Shown here: positions 19,362 to 30,083 of the stretch, in pieces
How positions within the stretch are numbered: the stretch's first letter is position 1
Layout: every line of letters begins with the position of its first letter
Source of the DNA: an uncultured delta proteobacterium
Lineage (GTDB): Bacteria; Myxococcota; Myxococcia; Myxococcales; Myxococcaceae
Reading direction: 5' to 3'
Assembly: GCA_963771175.1 (NCBI GenBank)
Contig: CAVYSY010000026.1
Span: 416,001 to 480,000 of the forward strand
DNA length: 64,000 bases
Notes under the pieces: generated by a model
The model's database searches: none
What the model was told of the DNA's origin: nothing
Seen by the model: only the letters and a program-made list of their open reading frames with translations
Translations under genes and position numbers: made by a program

Positions 19362-21663
19362 TCAGTCTCCGCGAGGCGGGCCCAGCTCCGGCCTGAGTGC
19401 CATGAGGAGCACCGGACTCAGGAACGCATCCGCCAGACCCGCCACCCACAGCGTCAGCCCCGTGAGCAGTCCCAGGTGGGCAATGCCCTCGAAGCGCGAG
19501 AACTGCAGCAGCAGGAAGCCTCCCGCCACCGCCGCCGAGGTCACGAACATCGCCCGCCCACACTCGTTCAGTGACTCCAGCGCCGCGCGCTGGTGCGGCG
19601 CGTCCGAGCCCCCGGCCTTCAGCGCCAGGTAGCGCCGCTTGAAGCGCACCAGGTACTGCAGCGTGTCGTCATCCGCGATGACCAGCGCCATGCTCGCGAT
19701 GATGACCGTGGAGGGCTTCAGGCTGATGCCCAGCAACGGCATCACTCCGAACAGCACGCCCACCGGCAGCACGTTGGGCACCAGCCCGATGAGCGCCAGC
19801 TTCGCGCTGCGCAGCACCAGGAAGAACGCCAGGAAGCTCACCGCCAGCGCGGACAGGAAGCTCCACAATAGCCCCTGCGTCAGCATCCCCGTCACGTGCT
19901 CGGTCATCGCCAGGTTGCCCGTGACGCTCACGCGGTAGCCCGGCGGCGCCTCTCGCGACACGAACTTCCGCGCCGACTCCACCAGCTCGCGCATCCGCCC
20001 CGCCCCCACGTTGGGCAGCAGCGCCACCACCCCCGCCGCGCTCCGGTCCTCCGACAGCACCGAGTCCAGTGGCTGGTACTTCGCCAACCGCCTCACCGCC
20101 TTCGCCGTGGTCTCCTCCGTCTTCTCGACCGGCCCCAGCGGACCCCACACCGCCTGGTACACCGGCTCCAGCAGGCGAGGCAGGCTCACCACCGGCGGGT
20201 GCTCGGGCAGGGCCGCGAGGTACGCGTCCACCCGCTCCTGGAAGGCGATGGCCTCCGGCGACAGCGCAGCCCCCTCGCGTCCCTTCTCCGGCTCGAGGAA
20301 CACGGCCAGCGGCACCAGTCCTCCGAGCGCCCCCTCCGCGTACGTCAGCTCGGCCGCCAGCGACGAGTCCTGCCGCAGGTCATCGAACACGCGGTACTCG
20401 TGCCGCAGCCGAGTCATGGACAGCACGCTCAGCAGCGCCACCGCCGCCGCCACCGCCATCACCCGCCGGGGACGGTGCACCACCTGCCGCTCCACCCACG
20501 CCAGCACCGAGTCCAGGGGCCGCGTCCGCGCCGCCTTCAGCTCCCGCCGAGCCCGCGCCGCCGAGGCCCGCGAGCGCAGGGAGAGCACCCACGGCAGCAC
20601 CAGCATGTTCGCCGCCCAGACCAGCAGCACGCCCATCGCGGTGGCCAGGCCGAACTCCCACACGGCGGTGAGGCCGATGAAGCCCATGGACAGGAAGCCC
20701 GCGGCGATGACGAGCTCGGTGGCCAGACAGGGCCCGGCCGCGTTCGCCATGGCCTCGACGAGGGCGCGCGCGTACGGCGTCCCCGAGCGGCGGCGCTCCT
20801 CCAGGTCCGACAGCACGTGCACCGTGTCCGTCAGCGACACGATGAGGATGACGATGGGCGCGAACGAGGTGAGCACGCCAAAGGGCACGCCCACCCAGCC
20901 CATCGCCCCCACCATCCACATCCACGCCACCACCAGCGTCGCCGCCGTGGCCAGCACGGACCAGAGGTCGCGGTAGGCGAACGCCACCAGCCCGAGGATG
21001 ACGAGCAGGGCCAGGGGCAGCAGCAGACCCATGTCCTCCTCGACCATGCGGGCCAACGTGGCGCGCACCGCCGGCGCACCCGAGAGCGTCAGCTTCAGCT
21101 CCGCTCCCGCGTGGCGGGTCGAGCAACTCCCCGGCCTGGAGGGAGAAGGCACGCTCGGCGAGAATCCGCTCGGCCCCCGCGCCCGACGCGAGCGACACCT
21201 GAACCACCGCGAGCTCCCGCGTGGGGTGGACCAGCGCGCGGGTCAGCGGCTCCTGCCGGACTCGCGTGAGCGTCTGCCGGAGGCCCTCCACGCTCCCGCG
21301 AGACGCCTCGGGGAAGAGGAGCCCGTCGGCCCCCAGCGCGGAGGCGGGCCCCACCACATGCCGCACACGGGCCAGGCCGCGCAGTTCCTCCTCCAGCTTC
21401 GCCAGCGAGGCCAGTCCTCCGGGAGAGAAGACGCCGGGGCCCTCGGCGATGACGAACACCTGCGAGTCCTCGCCGGGGAAGGCGCGCCGGTAGCGATCGA
21501 AGTCCGTCTTGGCCGCGTCCCCGATGGGGTGCATCCGCTCGATGGAGGGGTCCATCGGCACGCGCGCGGCGCCCAGGCCCGCCACCACGCACAGGGCGAG
21601 CAGGCCCAGGCCCAGGCGCCACCGGTGCGCCAGCAGTCGCTCGAAGAAGGCGAGCCAGGTCAC
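19362..21663 (-). CDS. MMPL/RND-superfamily lipid exporter; frameshift at ~21115
   Basis: Two membrane-domain halves (IVSLTDTVH and IADDDTLQY), LVPNVLP, GRAMFVTS; split over ORFs 20380-21663 and 19362-21152. Confidence 0.85.
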
Positions 21664-22424
21664 GACCGCTGCCTACGCCCACCCGAGAGGAAGTACAGCA
21701 TCTCCTTGCGGAAGCCGAACGGCTCGCGCGCGTGCGGCGGCAGGCCCAGCGGGGCGGTGGAGGTCTCCGGCTCGGGCCAGCGCACGGTGCCGAAGACGAC
21801 GTCCCACACCGTCAGCGTCCCGCCGTAGTTGCCCTTCCCGTCCCGCCGGTGGTGGTGGCGGTGGTACGCCGGGCTGATGATGAGCCAGTCCAGCCATCCC
21901 AGCGAGTACCCCTGCGCCGAGTGGTGGTACGTCAGCACCACCGAATAGAGCGCGAAGTAGAGCTGCACCGACACGGGCGAGAAGCCCAGCCCCGCCAGCA
22001 GGGCCACGAGCGCCGTGCCCGACAGCACCACCTCCAGCGCGTGCGTGTGCGTCACCATCCAGACGCTGAAGTGCTCCTCGCGGTGGTGCTGGAAGTGGAA
22101 GCGCCACAGGTAGGGGTGCTGGTGCTTCACCCAGTGGCTCGTCCAGCTCACCAGCTCGGCGACCAGCATGCAGGCCACGAAGTCCACCACCGGGGGCAGC
22201 GTCCCCGGCCGCATCAGCGTCGGCAGGTGCGCGTGGAACCAGGACGCCGCGGACTGCACCACCATCGTCGGGATGAAGCTGGTGACGAAGAAGGCCCAGT
22301 TGCGCCGTCGCCTCGGCCCCGCTCCGAAGCTGTCCGCCCGGAACTGCGGGTCGCGCAGCTCCAGCAGCACCAGCGTCAGCATCGCCAGGGCCGTCCCGGT
22401 GTGAATCATTCCCACGGTGTTCAT
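21660..22424 (-). CDS. Sterol desaturase / fatty-acid hydroxylase family protein
   Basis: His boxes HWVKH, HFQHH, YHH, HRHHH; NYGGTLTVWDVVFGT. Confidence 0.92.
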   Translation of the reverse strand: MNTVGMIHTGTALAMLTLVLLELRDPQFRADSFGAGPRRRRNWAFFVTSFIPTMVVQSAASWFHAHLPTLMRPGTLPPVVDFVACMLVAELVSWTSHWVKHQHPYLWRFHFQHHREEHFSVWMVTHTHALEVVLSGTALVALLAGLGFSPVSVQLYFALYSVVLTYHHSAQGYSLGWLDWLIISPAYHRHHHRRDGKGNYGGTLTVWDVVFGTVRWPEPETSTAPLGLPPHAREPFGFRKEMLYFLSGGRRQRS

Positions 22425-22614
22425 CCGTCAACAAGACTTGCACGAGCCGGGCCGGGGCGCACCACCCTCCTCCTTCCCTCGGGCCCCGGGTAGGACGGGG
22501 GCGTACCCGAGCAGGGCGAGACACGGAGGCCGTGCAGAGGGCAGCATTTGCTACAGCGGCCAGCCGCCCTGGAACGCAGTGGGACCCGACTCTGCCCTAC
22601 ACGGACAACTGACG

Positions 22615-23100
22615 ATGGCCACGCCCATGAGCCTCCTGCTCGAAGAGGTCTCCCGCGACCACTTCCCGTCCCCCCCCGCCACTCCCGAGGAGCTCGAGAC
22701 ATTCGAACAACGGGTGGGCTGGAGGTTGGACCCGGACCTGCGCGCCTTCTACCTGCATTGCAACGGGGCGGAGTTGTTCAAGCAGCGGCCGGGTTGCCCC
22801 TACCGCATCCTCCCCTTGTCCGAGATCATTCGGGCGCGAGTAGCCATCTACGACGAGGATGACGACCAGTGGGGTCCCGCCTCCGTGTACGCCCTCTGCT
22901 ACGTGCAGGACGGCGATTACGTGTTGGTGGATGTGGGCCGCCAGGAGAACGGCCGCTATCCTCTCATCGACGGCTGGCATGAGGCTTGGCCGGACCCGAA
23001 GCAGTGCGGCCAGATCGCCAGTTCCTTCTCGGAGTTCTTGAAAGCGGCGCTGCGGAGCAAGGGACGCCAATTCTGGTTGAAGCGTGCAACCGAGCGTTGA
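22615..23100 (+). CDS. SMI1/KNR4 (SUKH) family protein
   Basis: PATPEELETFEQRVGWRLDPDLRAFYLHCNG...IASSFSEFL. Confidence 0.9.
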   Translation: MATPMSLLLEEVSRDHFPSPPATPEELETFEQRVGWRLDPDLRAFYLHCNGAELFKQRPGCPYRILPLSEIIRARVAIYDEDDDQWGPASVYALCYVQDGDYVLVDVGRQENGRYPLIDGWHEAWPDPKQCGQIASSFSEFLKAALRSKGRQFWLKRATER

Positions 23101-23153
23101 TTGCCCGGCAGTCCTTTGACCCCGTTCTCGTTGGCCCCGGGTATCCTCCCGCC

Positions 23154-23741
23154 ATGCTCTCCGCACGCTCTCCCGCAGCTTCCTACGTGCTCATCGACGC
23201 CGAGAACGTCGACTGGGCCGTGTCCAATGTCGTGGGACGAAAGCCCGAACCCCAGGACCGGATGCAGTTCGATCGTCTGGTCGCCTTCTGTGAGAACCAC
23301 TTCCCCGCCCCCGTGCGCTGCATCGTGGTGCTGAACGCCCGGGGTGAACAACTGCCCGACGTGATGATCGGCTTCGTGCGGGCCCTGAAGACCGCCGGTT
23401 GCGAGGTGGCGCTCCTCTATGGCCGGCCCGACCAGAAGGTGGTGGACCTGGGCATCCTCAAGCTCCTGGAGTCCATCCGCACCCAGCGCCCCAAGGCCGC
23501 GGTCGCGCTCGCCAGCCATGACGGGGCCGACTTCGCGGACGCCCTGCGCCCGCTGCTCGAGGAGAAGCGGCAGGTGGCCATCCTCGGGCTGCGCGAGTAC
23601 GTGAGCCAGCGGTTCCGCGAGCTCGTCCCGGCCGGGCTGGAGATCCTCGACCTCGAGCTGAACGCCAAGGTGTTCCAGCGACCGCTGCCGCGCCTGCTCC
23701 CCATCCGCGTGGACGAGTTCGACCCCTCGTTCTTCCTGTAG
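23154..23741 (+). CDS. NYN-domain (PIN-like) protein
   Basis: VLIDAENVD, KVVD, LASHDGADF. Confidence 0.85.
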   Translation: MLSARSPAASYVLIDAENVDWAVSNVVGRKPEPQDRMQFDRLVAFCENHFPAPVRCIVVLNARGEQLPDVMIGFVRALKTAGCEVALLYGRPDQKVVDLGILKLLESIRTQRPKAAVALASHDGADFADALRPLLEEKRQVAILGLREYVSQRFRELVPAGLEILDLELNAKVFQRPLPRLLPIRVDEFDPSFFL

Positions 23742-23772
23742 CCCGGCGCCAGCCGACCCCGTGCGCCTTCCG

Positions 23773-25008
23773 TCAGCGCGCCACGGGGGCGGGGGTTCGC
23801 GCTTCGGGGGCCTCGTCCTTCTCGCCCCCGAGCGTGACCAGGGACAGCACACAGCTCGTCACGGCGCATGCGCCCATCACGCCCGCCATGGGGAGCATGG
23901 AGCCGTCATTGAGGAGCCCGACGAGCGACGATGCCCCGGCGGACGTGGCGAACTGCACGGCGCCGAGCACGGCGGACGCCACACCCGCTCGCGCTCCGTG
24001 CTCCTCCAGGGCCAGTGCCGTCATGTTCGGCCCCACGAAGCCGAGGCTCGAGATGAAGAGGAACAAGGAGGGGGCGAGGGTGAGGACAGTCCCCGTCCCG
24101 GTCACGGCCAGCCCCACGAGGACGGCGCCCGCCAGGACCATCACGAGCGCCGCCGCGAGGGCGATTCGCGCGGGCGAGAACCGGGCCAGCAACCGCCGGT
24201 TGAGCTGCGACGCGGCGATGAGCCCCAGGGCGTTCAACCCGAAGAGCCAGGCGAAGCGCTCCGGCGAGACGTGGTGGATCTCCATGAACACGAAGGGCGA
24301 GCCGGAGATGTAGGCGAACATGCCCGACTGCGAGAAACCGCCGGCGAGCGTGGCGAAGAGGAACCGCCGGTCGGAGAGGACGGCGCGGAGGTTCGTCCCG
24401 AACGAGCCAGGGCTTCCCGACTGCCCGGAGTGGGGCGCTGTCCGAGGAATCACCGCGACCGAGAACACCAGGGCGACGACGCCGATGACGGCGAGCACCG
24501 CGAAGATGGCCCTCCACCCGGCGAGGCCGAGCACCCAGCCCCCGAGGATCGGCGCGAGGATGGGAGCCGCCCCCATCGTCAGCATGAGCAGGGAGAGCAC
24601 GCGTGCGACGTCGCGGCCCTTGTAGAGGTCGCGGACGACGGCACGCGCGATGACCGGCCCACAGGCCCCGCCCACCGCCTGGAGGAACCGGAGCGCGATG
24701 AGCCACTGGATGCTCGGCGCGAACGCACAGGCGGCGGACGCGAGGATGTAGAGCACGACTCCCGCGAGGAGGGGGCGTCGGCGTCCGAACCGGTCCGAGA
24801 GCGGGCCGTAGGCGAGCTGGCCGAGTCCCAACCCCGCGATGAACGCCGCCAGGGTGAGCTGGACCGCGGTGGCGGACGTCGCGAGCTCTCCCTGGATGGT
24901 GGGCAGGCTCGGCAGGTACATGTCGATCGACAGCGGGCCGAACGCCGTCAGCGCGCCCAGCACGAGCATCAACAGCACATGTCGCGGAGGCGAGGAGGGA
25001 GGACTCAT
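23773..25008 (-). CDS. Bcr/CflA family MFS multidrug efflux transporter
   Basis: SIDMYLPSLP, GPLSDRFGRR, ARAVVRDLY. Confidence 0.93.
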   Translation of the reverse strand: MSPPSSPPRHVLLMLVLGALTAFGPLSIDMYLPSLPTIQGELATSATAVQLTLAAFIAGLGLGQLAYGPLSDRFGRRRPLLAGVVLYILASAACAFAPSIQWLIALRFLQAVGGACGPVIARAVVRDLYKGRDVARVLSLLMLTMGAAPILAPILGGWVLGLAGWRAIFAVLAVIGVVALVFSVAVIPRTAPHSGQSGSPGSFGTNLRAVLSDRRFLFATLAGGFSQSGMFAYISGSPFVFMEIHHVSPERFAWLFGLNALGLIAASQLNRRLLARFSPARIALAAALVMVLAGAVLVGLAVTGTGTVLTLAPSLFLFISSLGFVGPNMTALALEEHGARAGVASAVLGAVQFATSAGASSLVGLLNDGSMLPMAGVMGACAVTSCVLSLVTLGGEKDEAPEARTPAPVAR

Positions 25009-25187
25009 TCGAGCCTCTCTAACGGCCGGTGCACGGGTTGACCAGCGACCGCCAGAGAGCCACCCATAAGCACACCTACTGACCGTGAGCGGAGCGGGCC
25101 CCACTCGGCAGGGCCCTCCGGGGGCGAGCGGGAGGCCGAGCGGATTCCCAGGGCGAGCAGCCCGGCCATGCCCATATATGTAGGCGC

Positions 25188-26831
25188 ATGCTCCACGTAA
25201 TTCCCCTCGGAGGACTGGGTGAGATTGGCCTCAACGCCATGGTCATCGCCTGCCGCGGGGAGATGCTCCTCATCGACTGCGGCCTGATGTTCCCCCCCAT
25301 CGGCACCCTGGGCGTGGACATCATCGTCCCCGACTTCTCCTACCTCCGGCAGAACGCCGCCCTGCTCAAGGGCATCGTCCTCACCCACGGCCACGAGGAC
25401 CACGTCGGCGCCCTGCCCTTCCTGCTCAACGAGGTGCCCGTCCCCGTCTACGGCACGCGCTTCACCCTCGCCATGGTGCGCAACCGGCTGGAGGAGCTGG
25501 GCATCAAGGCGGACCTGCGCGAAATCGAGCCCCGCCACCCCTTCCCCGTGGGCTCGCACTTCACCGTCGAGGCCAGCCGCGTCACCCACACCGTGCCGGA
25601 CGCGGTGGGCTACATCGTCCGCACCCCCGAGGGCCCCGTCATCCACACCGGGGACTTCAAGCTCGACCCGGACCCCATCGACGGCCAGCGCACCGACCTG
25701 GAGCGCTGGGGCGAGCTCGGAGACGAGGGCGTGCTCTGCCTGCTGTCCGACTCCACCAACTCCGAGCGCACCCACGAGACGGGCAGCGAGCGCGTGGTGG
25801 AGCAGACCTTCGAGCGGCTCTTCCGCGATGTACCGGGCCGCATCGTGGTGGGCATGTTCGCCTCCCAGGTGCACCGCATCCAGCACCTGTTGGAGCTCGC
25901 CCGGAAGCTGGAGCGCAAGGTGGTGACGATGGGCCGCAGCATGGCGCGCAACATCGAGATGGCGCGCCAGCTCGGCTTCCTCCCGTCCGCCTCCGACGCC
26001 CTCTTCGTCTCGCTCGACGACGCGGCCAGACTGCCTCCCGAGCGCCTGCTGGTGCTCGCCACCGGCTCCCAGGCCGAGCCCCGTGCCGGGCTCGCCCAGC
26101 TCGCCGCCCGTGACGGCCCCGTGCGCCTGGGCCCCGGGGACATGGTCGTCCTCAGCGCCAAGGCCATCCCCGGCAACGAGCGCGCCGTGTCCGGCCTCAT
26201 CGACCAGCTCCTGTGGAGCGGCGCCCGCGTCGTCTACCCGGACATCGAGCCCGGGGTGCACGTCTCCGGCCACGCCAGCCAGCCCCAGCAGCGGCGGGTG
26301 CTGGACCTGGTGCGCCCCAAGAACTTCGTCCCCATCCACGGCGAGCTGCACCACCTCCACCGACATCTCGCGACCGCGAAGGAGTCCGGGCTGGAGCCCG
26401 CGCAGCTCCTGCTGGCCCAGGACGGGGACCTGCTCGTCTTCGAGGAGGGCCAGGGCCGTTTCTCGGGCAGCGTCCCCACCGGCCGCATCTACCGGGACCG
26501 CTTCGGCAATGGGGTGGTGACGCCCGACATCCTCCAGGAGCGCACCCGGCTGGCCGAGACGGGCTTCATCGTGGCCGTCCTCGTCATCGCCCGGGACACC
26601 CTGTCCGTGATGGCGGGGCCGAACCTCTCGGGCCAGGGGCTGAACCTCGACGAGCAGGTGCTGCTGCCCCGGGTGGCCGAGGACGCCCGCGCCTTCTTCC
26701 TGCAGATGTCCCCCCAGCTCCGGGGGGACGACGCCATGGCGCGCGAGGAGCTGGCCCGTTCGGTGCGCCGGGCCTTCAAGCTGTATACAGCCAAGCGGCC
26801 CGTGGTGGTGCCGATGGTCATCAAGGTGTGA
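25188..26831 (+). CDS. rnj: Ribonuclease J
   Basis: IPLGGLGEIG, THGHEDHVG, HTGDFK, LSDSTN, HVSGH, PIHGE. Confidence 0.96.
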   Translation: MLHVIPLGGLGEIGLNAMVIACRGEMLLIDCGLMFPPIGTLGVDIIVPDFSYLRQNAALLKGIVLTHGHEDHVGALPFLLNEVPVPVYGTRFTLAMVRNRLEELGIKADLREIEPRHPFPVGSHFTVEASRVTHTVPDAVGYIVRTPEGPVIHTGDFKLDPDPIDGQRTDLERWGELGDEGVLCLLSDSTNSERTHETGSERVVEQTFERLFRDVPGRIVVGMFASQVHRIQHLLELARKLERKVVTMGRSMARNIEMARQLGFLPSASDALFVSLDDAARLPPERLLVLATGSQAEPRAGLAQLAARDGPVRLGPGDMVVLSAKAIPGNERAVSGLIDQLLWSGARVVYPDIEPGVHVSGHASQPQQRRVLDLVRPKNFVPIHGELHHLHRHLATAKESGLEPAQLLLAQDGDLLVFEEGQGRFSGSVPTGRIYRDRFGNGVVTPDILQERTRLAETGFIVAVLVIARDTLSVMAGPNLSGQGLNLDEQVLLPRVAEDARAFFLQMSPQLRGDDAMAREELARSVRRAFKLYTAKRPVVVPMVIKV

Positions 26832-26848
26832 TAAGGGCGCGAACTGCC

Positions 26849-27346
26849 ATGCCTTCCTTCGACGTCGTCTCCAAAATCGACATTGCCGAGTTGGACAACG
26901 CGGTCAACCAGACCAAGAAGGAGATCTCCACGCGCTACGACTTCCAGGGCGTCAACGGGGATGTCGTGCTCGCTCCGGACAAGACCTCCCTCACGGTGAA
27001 GGCCAACAGTGAGGAGAAGGTCCAGGCCGCCAAGGAGGTCCTGCTCAGCAAGCTGGCCAAGCGCGGCATCCCGCTGATGGCGCTGGAGTACGAGCCCATC
27101 GAGAAGACGGGCCTGTCCAACGTGAAGCAGCTCATCAAGCTGCAGCAGGGCATTCCGGTGGAGAAGTCCAAGGAGCTGGTGAAGCTCCTCAAGGACTCCA
27201 AGATGAAGGTGCAGGGCTCCATCCAGGGAGACCAGCTCCGCGTCACGGGCAAGAACAGGGACGATCTCCAGGCCGCCATCGCCCTCTTCCGCAAGGAAGC
27301 GGATCGGCTGAAGCTCGACATGCAGTTCACCAACTTCCGGGACTAG
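26849..27346 (+). CDS. yajQ: YajQ family nucleotide/c-di-GMP-binding protein
   Basis: MPSFDVVS...RYDF...QGDQLRVTGK.RDDLQ...QFTNFRD. Confidence 0.96.
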   Translation: MPSFDVVSKIDIAELDNAVNQTKKEISTRYDFQGVNGDVVLAPDKTSLTVKANSEEKVQAAKEVLLSKLAKRGIPLMALEYEPIEKTGLSNVKQLIKLQQGIPVEKSKELVKLLKDSKMKVQGSIQGDQLRVTGKNRDDLQAAIALFRKEADRLKLDMQFTNFRD

Positions 27347-27348
27347 CC

Positions 27349-28443
27349 GTGCGCTCACTCGTCGTTTCCGTCCTCCTCGCAGCGCTCGTGCCGGTAGCCG
27401 CCTCCGCCCAGGAGGAGCAGGCCCCGCCGCAGCAGCGCCCGAACAAGGTCGTGCCCTCGCTCGCCCGAGCGCCGAAGCTGGACGGGCAGCTCAAGGACTT
27501 CCCGGGCACGCTGACCCTCAAGCCGCGGACGTCGGAGGGCGCGAGCGCCTCCTTCACCGCCCGTGTGGGGTGGCGCAAGGACACCCTGTATGTGGGGGTG
27601 GAGGCCACGGACGAGCAGCTCCAGGCCGGGGACGTGCTCACCCTGAGCCTCTTCTTCCCCGACGCGGGGGCGGCCGCCACCGGCCACGTCTTCCGCTTCG
27701 GCTTCGACGGCAAGCGCGCCTCGCCGCCCGAGAGCGGCACCTCCGAGTTCGCCCAGAAGCTGGTGGACGCGGGCGTGCAGCGCAAGGACAACACCCTGGC
27801 GCTCGAGCTGGCCATCCCCGCCCGCGCCTTCCCGCGCTTCCCCGCGACGGAGCCGCTCGTCCTCGACCTGTGCGTCACCTTCGGCACCGTCTCCAACTGC
27901 AAGGACGGCGGCATGGTGGGCGAGGTGCTCCGGCTGCCGGACGACTTCCGCAAGGGCCTGAAGCTGAAGCCGCCCGAGGACGTGATGGCGCTCGCCGGGC
28001 AGCCGGACGGCTGGCTGGGCTACGGAGTGCTCCACTACCCGGCCTGGGTGGAGGCGGACACGAAGCTGACGCCCGGCCTGCTGCGCGCGCTGGTGACGCC
28101 CAACCCGGTGGAGGCGGAGACGGTGGGCGTGAATGTGCCGGAGACCCTCTCCCTGCCGGATGGACGCCCCCTCCTCGTGGTGTTGTCGGGCGAGCTGCCC
28201 TACACCCAGAACGGCCAGGGCTGTGACTCGGACAAGGAATTGCGCCTCGGCCTCTACCTGGCGAAGGGGAAGACGGCGCAACGGGTGCTCGAATGGCCGG
28301 CCGCTACGTGTGCGCTGGGACGAGCCACCTCGGTGGTGCTCGATGAAGAGGGCGCGTTGAGCATTGGTTACTCGAACGGCCCGACCATCAACTTTGCTTG
28401 GAGTGGTGACCACTTCGAGCGGACCGAACTCGGAAAGCGGTAA
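27349..28443 (+). CDS. Secreted hypothetical protein with N-terminal CBM9/DOMON-like region
   Basis: Signal peptide (ASA-QE); [11 protein letters not shown]...[17 protein letters not shown]...LELAIP. Confidence 0.7.
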   Translation: MRSLVVSVLLAALVPVAASAQEEQAPPQQRPNKVVPSLARAPKLDGQLKDFPGTLTLKPRTSEGASASFTARVGWRKDTLYVGVEATDEQLQAGDVLTLSLFFPDAGAAATGHVFRFGFDGKRASPPESGTSEFAQKLVDAGVQRKDNTLALELAIPARAFPRFPATEPLVLDLCVTFGTVSNCKDGGMVGEVLRLPDDFRKGLKLKPPEDVMALAGQPDGWLGYGVLHYPAWVEADTKLTPGLLRALVTPNPVEAETVGVNVPETLSLPDGRPLLVVLSGELPYTQNGQGCDSDKELRLGLYLAKGKTAQRVLEWPAATCALGRATSVVLDEEGALSIGYSNGPTINFAWSGDHFERTELGKR

Positions 28444-28448
28444 GAGCT

Positions 28449-29861
28449 GTGCAGAATCCCCCTGAGACCAAGAGCCTCTACATGATGACCCTCGGCTGCC
28501 CGAAGAACCGGGTGGACTCCGAGGTGATGCTCGGCACGCTGAAGCAGCGGGGTTACTCGCTGGTACAGGACCCCGCCGCGGCCCAGGTCATCGTCGTCAA
28601 CACCTGCGCCTTCATCGGACCCGCCAAGCAGGAGTCCGTGGACTCCATCCTGGAGATGGCCGAGCTCAAGAAGTCGGGGACGTGCAGCACGCTCGTCGTC
28701 ACCGGCTGCCTCTCGCAGCGCTACGGCGCCGAGCTGGCCAAGGAGATGCCCGAGGTGGACCACTTCCTCGGCACCAGCGCCTACGCGCAGATTGGCGACC
28801 TGCTCGCCGCCGAGGCCAGCCCGCGGCAGGTGATTCCGGACCCGGACTACATCCACGACGCGCAGACGCCGCGCGAGAACTCGATGCCCGTCCTACACGG
28901 CGTACCTGAAGATCTCCGAGGGCTGCGACAACGCGTGCGCCTTCTGCATCATCCCCACGCTGCGCGGTGGCCAGCGCTCGCGCCCCATCGCGGACATCGT
29001 CGCCGAGGCCCAGCGGCTCGCCGAGCAGGGCGTGCAGGAGCTGAACCTGGTGGCGCAGGACCTGACGGCCTACGGGCACGACCTGCCGGGCAAGCCGAAG
29101 CTGCATGACGCTGCTGCGCGAGCTGGTGAAGGTGGACGTGCGGTGGATCCGCCTGCACTACGCCTACCCGCGCGTCTTCACCGACGAGCTCATCGAGCTG
29201 ATGGCGACGGAGAAGAAGATCGCCAAGTACCTGGACATGCCGCTGCAGCACGCGAGCGACAAGCTGCTGCTGTCGATGAAGCGCGGCCGGGACTCGAAGT
29301 TCCTCAAGGAGCTGCTGGCGAAGCTGCGCGCGCGGGTGCCGGGGCTGGTGATGCGCACCTCGATGATCGTCGGCCTGCCCGGCGAGACCGAGGAGGACTT
29401 CGAGATGCTCAAGGAGTTCGTGAAGGAGCAGCGCTTCGAGCGGCTCGGCGTGTTCCAGTACTCGGACGAGGAAGGCACGGCCGCGTACGACTACGAGAAC
29501 AAGGTGCCGAAGCAGACCATCGAGCGGCGCTGGCGCGAGGTGATGGCCATCCAGAAGCGCATCAACCGCGAGCAGAACAAGAAGCTCGTGGGGCAGCGGA
29601 TTGAGGTGCTGGTGGAGGGCCCGAGCGAGGAGTCCGAGCACCTGCTGGTGGGCCGCACCGAGGGCCAGGCGCCGGAGATCGACGGTCATGGTCTACATCA
29701 ACGACGGCCTGGCGTACCCGGGCGAGTTCGTCACCGTCGAGGTGACGGAGGCGCACGACTACGACCTGGTGGGCAAGGTGGTCGAGCGCCCCAACCCGAA
29801 GGACCGCGTGCACAAGCCGCGCGAGTCCTTCCCGATGCCGGTGGTGACGTCGCCGCGCTGA
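28449..29861 (+). CDS. rimO: Ribosomal protein S12 methylthiotransferase; frameshifts at ~28887, ~29105, ~29688
   Basis: [60 protein letters not shown] domain. Confidence 0.93.
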
Positions 29862-30083
29862 TGTACCGCTGAGTGGCGCACAGCGCCGCTCCTGGTAGTC
29901 ACAGGCCCGGAAGGCTCCTCGAATTGTGAGGAGCCCGCCGGGCCTGTTCGCTTCTGGGATGCCGCGTGCCACATCCGGACACGAGGTGGCGCCCGGTGCT
30001 CCTCCCTCGGACGGGAAACAGGGCGGGCCGCGCCTCCTGCCTCGGGCTGGCGCTAGAGTTGCACCAGCTCGGTGCCAGCCCCT

